Below are positions 58,894 to 64,000 of a stretch of DNA of 64,000 nucleotides, piece by piece. How positions within the stretch are numbered: position 1 is the stretch's first letter; the number at the start of each line of letters is the position of its first letter. A program made the position numbers and the translations under genes. The notes under the pieces were generated by a model. It was not told the origin of the DNA, did not search any database, and saw only the letters and a list, made by a program, of their open reading frames with translations. Origin of the DNA: Candidatus Ruminococcus ruminiciens (GTDB lineage: Bacteria > Bacillota > Clostridia > Oscillospirales > Ruminococcaceae); assembly GCA_037465765.1 (NCBI GenBank), contig DAPZRL010000004.1, positions 569 to 64,568 on the forward strand. The letters run 5' to 3'.

Positions 58894-60156
58894 TTATTCT
58901 TCGCTTTTTTTGGGGGCATCATCACGGAGAATCTCAACAATGACCTTTTCCACCGTCTGTTCGCATACTTTTGAAGCAGTAAGGCGAAAGACACCCGTTT
59001 CGGCAGTTTCTCCCTCCTCGGGAATGCGCTCGAGAACGTCCGTTATCCAGCCGCCCACAGAGGTATAATCCGTATGCACAAGATCCTCGGCAAGCTCCAG
59101 ACGCTCCAGCATATCGCTTAAACTCATATCTCCCGCAACCTCGTATTTGTCGGGAGCAAGACGCACCACATTGGCTACGATCTCGTCATCCTCATCATAG
59201 ATCTCTCCTACGAGTTCCTCGATAATATCTTCAAGAGTAACGATACCTTTTGTTCCTCCGTATTGGTCGATGACCACGGCAAGATGTACCTTTGAACGCT
59301 GCATATCGCGGAGAGCCGCGCTTATGAGCTTGCTGTCGGCAATATGAGGCACTTCCTGAATAATGGAAGCTATATCCTCGCTGCCGTTTGTAAGCATTTT
59401 AAAAAAGGATTTATTCGTAATTATGCCGACAATATTATCAAGGCTTTTTTCATAAACAGGCAGCCTTGAATAAAGCTCGCTGCTGAATATTTCCTTGATC
59501 TCATCAATGGTGTCGCCTATTTCAACTCCGACAACCTTCGTTCTGGGGATCAAAATTTCATTAACAGTGATCTCGTCAAATTCGAGAGCGCTTTTGACAA
59601 GCTCGCTTTCCTGTTCTTCAATAACGCCCTCTTTTTCGATTTCGTCGATCATGTATTTCAGTTCGTCCTCAGTAACGGTCGGCGCTTCATCTCCTTTGGA
59701 TATTGCTGACGACAGCTTATTCAATGCCCATACAAACGGTTTTAATAGAACTACAAGAGCAGAAAGGGGAACTGCGAACATAAGCGCAAGTTTTTCGGCA
59801 TTTTTCTTTGCATAGCTTTTGGGCAGCACTTCACAAAAAATCAGAACTATAATCGTTATTACGATCGTAGAAATAGCCGGACCCTTGCTGCCCATAAGAT
59901 TTATAAAAATAAGTGTGCTTATGGAAGATGTAGCTATATTTACGACATTGTTGCCGATAAGCACAGCCGTCAGCACGTCGTCAAAACGGTTTGCGAGTTT
60001 CAAAGCCTTTGCGGCTTTTTTATTGCCCTGAGATTCGTAATTTTTAAGTCTGAGCTTGTTTACGCTGGAATAAGCTGTTTCGGTACTTGAAAAAAGCGCC
60101 GAGAATATCATCATTACGATGACAAGAATAATTTTCCATATGTCAGAACTGTCCAT
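58894..60156 (-). CDS. HlyC/CorC (CNNM-CBS-CorC) family transporter
   Basis: FSSTETA, GNNVVNI, EV.PK, CBS pair, TLEDIIEELVGEI.DE.D. Confidence 0.92.
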   Translation of the reverse strand: MDSSDIWKIILVIVMMIFSALFSSTETAYSSVNKLRLKNYESQGNKKAAKALKLANRFDDVLTAVLIGNNVVNIATSSISTLIFINLMGSKGPAISTIVITIIVLIFCEVLPKSYAKKNAEKLALMFAVPLSALVVLLKPFVWALNKLSSAISKGDEAPTVTEDELKYMIDEIEKEGVIEEQESELVKSALEFDEITVNEILIPRTKVVGVEIGDTIDEIKEIFSSELYSRLPVYEKSLDNIVGIITNKSFFKMLTNGSEDIASIIQEVPHIADSKLISAALRDMQRSKVHLAVVIDQYGGTKGIVTLEDIIEELVGEIYDEDDEIVANVVRLAPDKYEVAGDMSLSDMLERLELAEDLVHTDYTSVGGWITDVLERIPEEGETAETGVFRLTASKVCEQTVEKVIVEILRDDAPKKSEE

Positions 60157-60419
60157 AAAAAACCTTTCAAATTAATTATTCAGAAATCGGTATCAGAATA
60201 TGACGATACCTCAATTTATAACCTAAATATATCAGAATAAATCGCACGCTCTTTGGAGAGTCTCTCCGAATTTCAGAACCTGTTTTACAGTATTCGCATT
60301 TCGGTAAAACTGCGAACGCTGATCTCTATGCAGACACACCCTAACAAAAAAAGCCGTTCCATAGAGGAACGGCTCTCATGAAACCTGTAAGTATACTCTC
60401 GCCCAACGGTGAGATGAAA

Positions 60420-60794
60420 TTACTTGATTTCGATTGTAGCGCCGGCAGCCTCGAACTTCTCCTTGATCTCGTTAGCCTCTGCCTCGGAAACGCCTTCCTT
60501 GATAGCCTTAGGAGCTGACTCAACAACTTCCTTAGCTTCCTTAAGACCAAGACCGAGAACTTCCTTAGCAACCTTGATAACGCCCATCTTAGCGTCGCCG
60601 AAAGATGTGAGGATTACGTCGAACTCTGTCTTAGCAGCCTCTGCGCCGCCTGCTGCGCCGCCTGCTGCAGGAGCAGCAGCAACCATTGCTGTTACGCCGA
60701 ATTCTTCCTGGATTGCGTCTACGAGCTCAGAAAGCTCGAGAACGGAAAGTGTCTTGATATCTTCAACGAATTTTGTGATCTTCTCTGAAGCCAT
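60420..60794 (-). CDS. rplL: 50S ribosomal protein L7/L12
   Basis: EEFGV, A/G hinge, [14 protein letters not shown]. Confidence 0.97.
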   Translation of the reverse strand: MASEKITKFVEDIKTLSVLELSELVDAIQEEFGVTAMVAAAPAAGGAAGGAEAAKTEFDVILTSFGDAKMGVIKVAKEVLGLGLKEAKEVVESAPKAIKEGVSEAEANEIKEKFEAAGATIEIK

Positions 60795-60901
60795 GATAAT
60801 AATCTCCTTTATAATTATTTGCCGTTATACGGCGGTATTTGCCGCACTGTGTGCGTATTCAAGCTGCGGACGTAATGTCCCGAAAAACGATATGCAGATA
60901 A

Positions 60902-61414
60902 TCAGGCAGCTTCTTCTGAATTCTTGTCTGCAACAGCCTTGAGTGCAGCCGCAAGCTTCTGAATGGGACCCTGCAGAGAGCCGACGAGCTGAGCAAGAAG
61001 GACGTCCTTTGAAGGGATTTTTGAAAGAGCGATAACTCCGTTCGCATCGTATGTTTCACCTTCAACGTAGCCTGCTTTGAGATTGAACTTTTCCTCGCCT
61101 GCTTTCTCAGCAAACTTGCCGAGGATTCTTGCGGGAGCGGTCTGGTCGTTGTTTGAAACAGCGAGAGCGGTCGTGCCGTTCAGCGCTTCTTCAAATCCGT
61201 CAAAGCCGCAGTTCTGGAATGCGCGGAGGAGCAGAGTGTTCTTTTCTACAAAGTAGTTAACGCCTGCCTCACGAAGCTCGCGTCTGAGCTTTGTATCCTC
61301 CTCAACGGTGATACCCTTGTAATCAACGAGAACACCGGAAACGGAAGCCTTGATAATTTCAGTGAGTTCTTCAACTCTTGCTTTCTTGGCTTCAAGTACA
61401 GCATTGCTTGGCAT
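60902..61414 (-). CDS. rplJ: 50S ribosomal protein L10
   Basis: DYKGITV, KNTL; upstream of rplL. Confidence 0.96.
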   Translation of the reverse strand: MPSNAVLEAKKARVEELTEIIKASVSGVLVDYKGITVEEDTKLRRELREAGVNYFVEKNTLLLRAFQNCGFDGFEEALNGTTALAVSNNDQTAPARILGKFAEKAGEEKFNLKAGYVEGETYDANGVIALSKIPSKDVLLAQLVGSLQGPIQKLAAALKAVADKNSEEAA

Positions 61415-61458
61415 TGTGTATTCACCTCCGAATAGTTGATCCTACCGTATCCGAAACA

Positions 61459-61565
61459 ACAAAAAATGTCTTTCCGACAGCGCGGAAAGACATTGATAAT
61501 CTATTTATCAATTGTGATTCCTCGGTGGGGCTTATGGATAAATCCTGCCAACTGTCTTTAGAATA
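61459..61565 (-). promoter_or_regulatory. L10 leader (autoregulatory RNA with attenuator)
   Basis: AAGACAGTTGG...CCACCGAGG kink-turn pattern and terminator ATGTCTTTCCG...CGGAAAGACAT-TTTTT. Confidence 0.85.
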
Positions 61566-61776
61566 CGATATACGCTGTAAAACACAGCTTTTACATTATA
61601 TCACGTATTTTCAAGCTTGTCAAGCGTTTTTTGATTTTTTTGCGAATTTTAAAAATTTCGCGTAACTATTGACAGTTTGACAGAAATCGTATATAATAGT
61701 ATTTGAGGAACGAGTGCTTTTTGCAGGTTCCGCACAATTTGTCCTGCTTTGGACAATTTTCAGGAGGTAAACTACA

Positions 61777-63609
61777 ATGTCACTTACAAACAATGCGAAT
61801 GTTTTAAAGTGGGTTGACGAGATGATCGCTCTTTGTAAACCCGATAAGGTTGTATGGATCGATGGTTCCAAGGAGCAGCTTGATGAACTGACCGCTCAGG
61901 TTACTTCACTGCCCGACGGCGACCCAAACAAAATGTACTGGCTCAATCAGGAAAAGCTTCCCGGCTGTCTCTATCACAGAACTGCCGTAAACGATGTTGC
62001 CCGCGTTGAGGACAGAACTTTTATCTGTACTAAAACAAAAGAGGACGCAGGTCCGACCAACAACTGGTGCGACCCTCAGGAAATGTACGCTAAGCTCAGA
62101 CCTATGTACGACGGCGTTATGAAGGGTCAGACTATGTACATCATTCCTTATTCAATGGGTCCGGTTGCTTCGCCCATCTCAAAGGTCGGCGTTGAGATCA
62201 CCGATTCTATTTATGTTGTTCTCAACATGAATATTATGACAAGAATGGGCAAGGCTGCTTTTGATAAGCTCGGCGATTCCAACGACTTTGTACGCGGTCT
62301 TCACTCAAAGGCTAACGTTGATCCCGAGAACAGATACATCGTTCAGTTCCCCGAGGACAATACTATCTGGTCTATCAATTCTGCTTACGGCGGCAACGTT
62401 ATTCTTTCCAAGAAGTGCTTCGCTCTCCGTATAGCTTCCTTCCAGGGCAAGAACGAAGGCTGGATGGCTGAGCATATGCTTATTCTCGGCGTTCAGAAGC
62501 CTGACGGCGAGACAAAATATGTCTGCGCCGCATTCCCGTCAGCCTGCGGAAAAACTAACCTTGCGATGCTTATTCCTCCCGAGGGATATCTTAAGGACGG
62601 ATATAAGGTATTTACCGTCGGCGACGATATCGCTTGGCTCAAGCCCGGCAAGGACGGCAGACTTTACGCTATCAATCCTGAGAACGGCTTCTTCGGCGTT
62701 GCTCCCGGTACTAACGCAAAGTCTAACTTCAACGCTCTTGCTTCTACCATGAAAAACGCTATCTTTACGAACGTTGCTCTTAACAATACCGAGAACACTG
62801 TTTGGTGGGAAGGTCTCGACAAGAATCCTCCCGAGGATGCTACAGAGTGGACGGGAATCAAGACAAACGGCAAGGAGTGGACTTCCGAGATCGGAGCTGA
62901 CGGCAAGAACAAGAAGCTTGCTCATCCCAATTCGCGTTTCACAGCTCCTGCTGTAAACTGCCCATGCATCTCTCCCGAATTTGACAATCCCGAGGGTGTT
63001 CCGATCTCTGCTATCGTATTTGGCGGCAGACGAGCTTCAACAACTCCTCTCGTATATCAGTCATTTGACTGGACACACGGTACATACGTTGGTTCTGCCG
63101 TTTCTTCCGAGACAACAGCAGCTGCTGCCGGCGCAGTAGGCGTACTCCGTCACGATCCTATGGCTATGAAGCCTTTCATCGGCTACAATGTGGGTGATTA
63201 CTGGGCTCACTGGCTCGAAATGGGTGAAAAGCTCGGCGACAAGGCTCCTAAGATCTTTAACGTAAACTGGTTCAAGCAGGACGAAAACGGTAACTTTATC
63301 TGGCCCGGTTTCGGTGATAATATGCGTGTTCTCGACTGGATCATCAAGCGCTGCGAGGGTACTGTTGACGCTGATGAGACTGCTATCGGATATCTTCCCA
63401 AGAAGGGTGACATTAATGTCAATGGCATTGAGGACGAGGTTACTCCCGAAATTATGGATAAGCTCCTTAATGTTGACAAAGATCTCTGGAAACAGGAGAT
63501 CGCTGAAATGCGCAGATATTACAATGACGATATCGCTGCAAAGGGCGGAAAGATTCCCGTTGCTCTCTACGAAGAACTCGATAAGCTCGAAGCAAGACTT
63601 AACAAGTAA
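61777..63609 (+). CDS. pckG: Phosphoenolpyruvate carboxykinase (GTP)
   Basis: DVARVE, GWMAEHM, AFPSACGKTN, GDDIAW, HPNSRF, WPGFG.N.RVL.W. Confidence 0.96.
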   Translation: MSLTNNANVLKWVDEMIALCKPDKVVWIDGSKEQLDELTAQVTSLPDGDPNKMYWLNQEKLPGCLYHRTAVNDVARVEDRTFICTKTKEDAGPTNNWCDPQEMYAKLRPMYDGVMKGQTMYIIPYSMGPVASPISKVGVEITDSIYVVLNMNIMTRMGKAAFDKLGDSNDFVRGLHSKANVDPENRYIVQFPEDNTIWSINSAYGGNVILSKKCFALRIASFQGKNEGWMAEHMLILGVQKPDGETKYVCAAFPSACGKTNLAMLIPPEGYLKDGYKVFTVGDDIAWLKPGKDGRLYAINPENGFFGVAPGTNAKSNFNALASTMKNAIFTNVALNNTENTVWWEGLDKNPPEDATEWTGIKTNGKEWTSEIGADGKNKKLAHPNSRFTAPAVNCPCISPEFDNPEGVPISAIVFGGRRASTTPLVYQSFDWTHGTYVGSAVSSETTAAAAGAVGVLRHDPMAMKPFIGYNVGDYWAHWLEMGEKLGDKAPKIFNVNWFKQDENGNFIWPGFGDNMRVLDWIIKRCEGTVDADETAIGYLPKKGDINVNGIEDEVTPEIMDKLLNVDKDLWKQEIAEMRRYYNDDIAAKGGKIPVALYEELDKLEARLNK

Positions 63610-63610
63610 T

Positions 63611-63640
63611 AAACAGCTCCCCGTTATGGGGAGCTGTTTC
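63611..63640. terminator. Bidirectional terminator
   Basis: AAACAGCTCCCC-GTTAT-GGGGAGCTGTTT. Confidence 0.8.
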
Positions 63641-63998
63641 ATTTGCATAATGTAAGGAACGGAATAAAATTCCTGAAAAGATAATAAAGCGGCAGGGCAG
63701 TCAGAACAGCAGTCAGGAACCGATAGTTTCTCGGAATTATAAGTATCTTCACTCCGAAAGCACAGGCGACAAGCTCGATATAAAAAGCCGCTGCAAACGT
63801 CAGAAGCAGAAGTGGAGTGGCATTATATCCCAAAGAGCTTAAAATATCGCCGTGAAGAAGAGCCTTGACGCTTCGCGTATTTCCGCAGGCTGGACACAAC
63901 CAGCCGGTTTGTCTGTAAAAACTGCATTCCGGAAAGTATTTGCTCGATCCGATAAAATAATCCCTTAATAAAAAAATCAGCAGGGTCAGTATTGGTAA
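63639..63998 (-). CDS. DUF2752-family membrane protein, 5'-partial
   Basis: Frame open to the window edge: C.FY..TG.LCPACGNTRS motif followed by TMs. Confidence 0.8.
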   Translation of the reverse strand, partial: LPILTLLIFLLRDYFIGSSKYFPECSFYRQTGWLCPACGNTRSVKALLHGDILSSLGYNATPLLLLTFAAAFYIELVACAFGVKILIIPRNYRFLTAVLTALPLYYLFRNFIPFLTLCK

Positions 63999-64000
63999 AA

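Noticed and set aside
60157..60340. Possible metal-sensing riboswitch upstream of the CorC-family gene
   Set aside because: Small hairpins are present, but I could not recognise M-box or yybP-ykoY consensus; needs an Rfam scan.
60420..61630. rplJL separated from rplKA and rpoBC
   Set aside because: It has its own promoter and L10 leader; such rearrangement is unremarkable in clostridial lineages.

Overview
A 64 kb chromosomal segment from a Bacillota genome. Dockerin domains, GTP-type PEPCK, split transketolase and gene order suggest a Ruminococcus-like organism (inference). Most of the window is housekeeping: miaB-ylbF-mutS-mutL-miaA-hfq, yggS-sepF-ylmH-divIVA-ileS-lspA-rluD, tkt, ispE, ddh, gdhA, folC, valS with its T-box, serC/serA, tadA, metG, rplJL with its L10 leader, and pckG. 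The left edge is the right end of an integrative element: a large serine recombinase abuts a 5'-truncated tRNA-Lys(CTT), followed by tRNA-Glu, a lone 5S rRNA and tRNA-Asn. The most striking accessory region (about 24.1-30.3 kb) holds two secreted dockerin enzymes, a CHAP/peptidoglycan-binding/ricin protein and a GH8. Their dockerin-coding tails form a 207 bp direct repeat with only 2 mismatches, bracketing a self-contained 2583 bp araC+GH8 unit. This suggests dockerin DNA may act as a recombination landing pad for gene cassettes. Other signals absent from the ORF track are a 45-aa microprotein carrying a type IV pilin helix motif, a 42-aa membrane microprotein coupled to serC, a 67 bp promoter module present at two unrelated loci, a 180 bp MITE-like element, and two XRE+cargo modules with matching operator layout. 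All calls come from reading motifs by eye; no searches were run.
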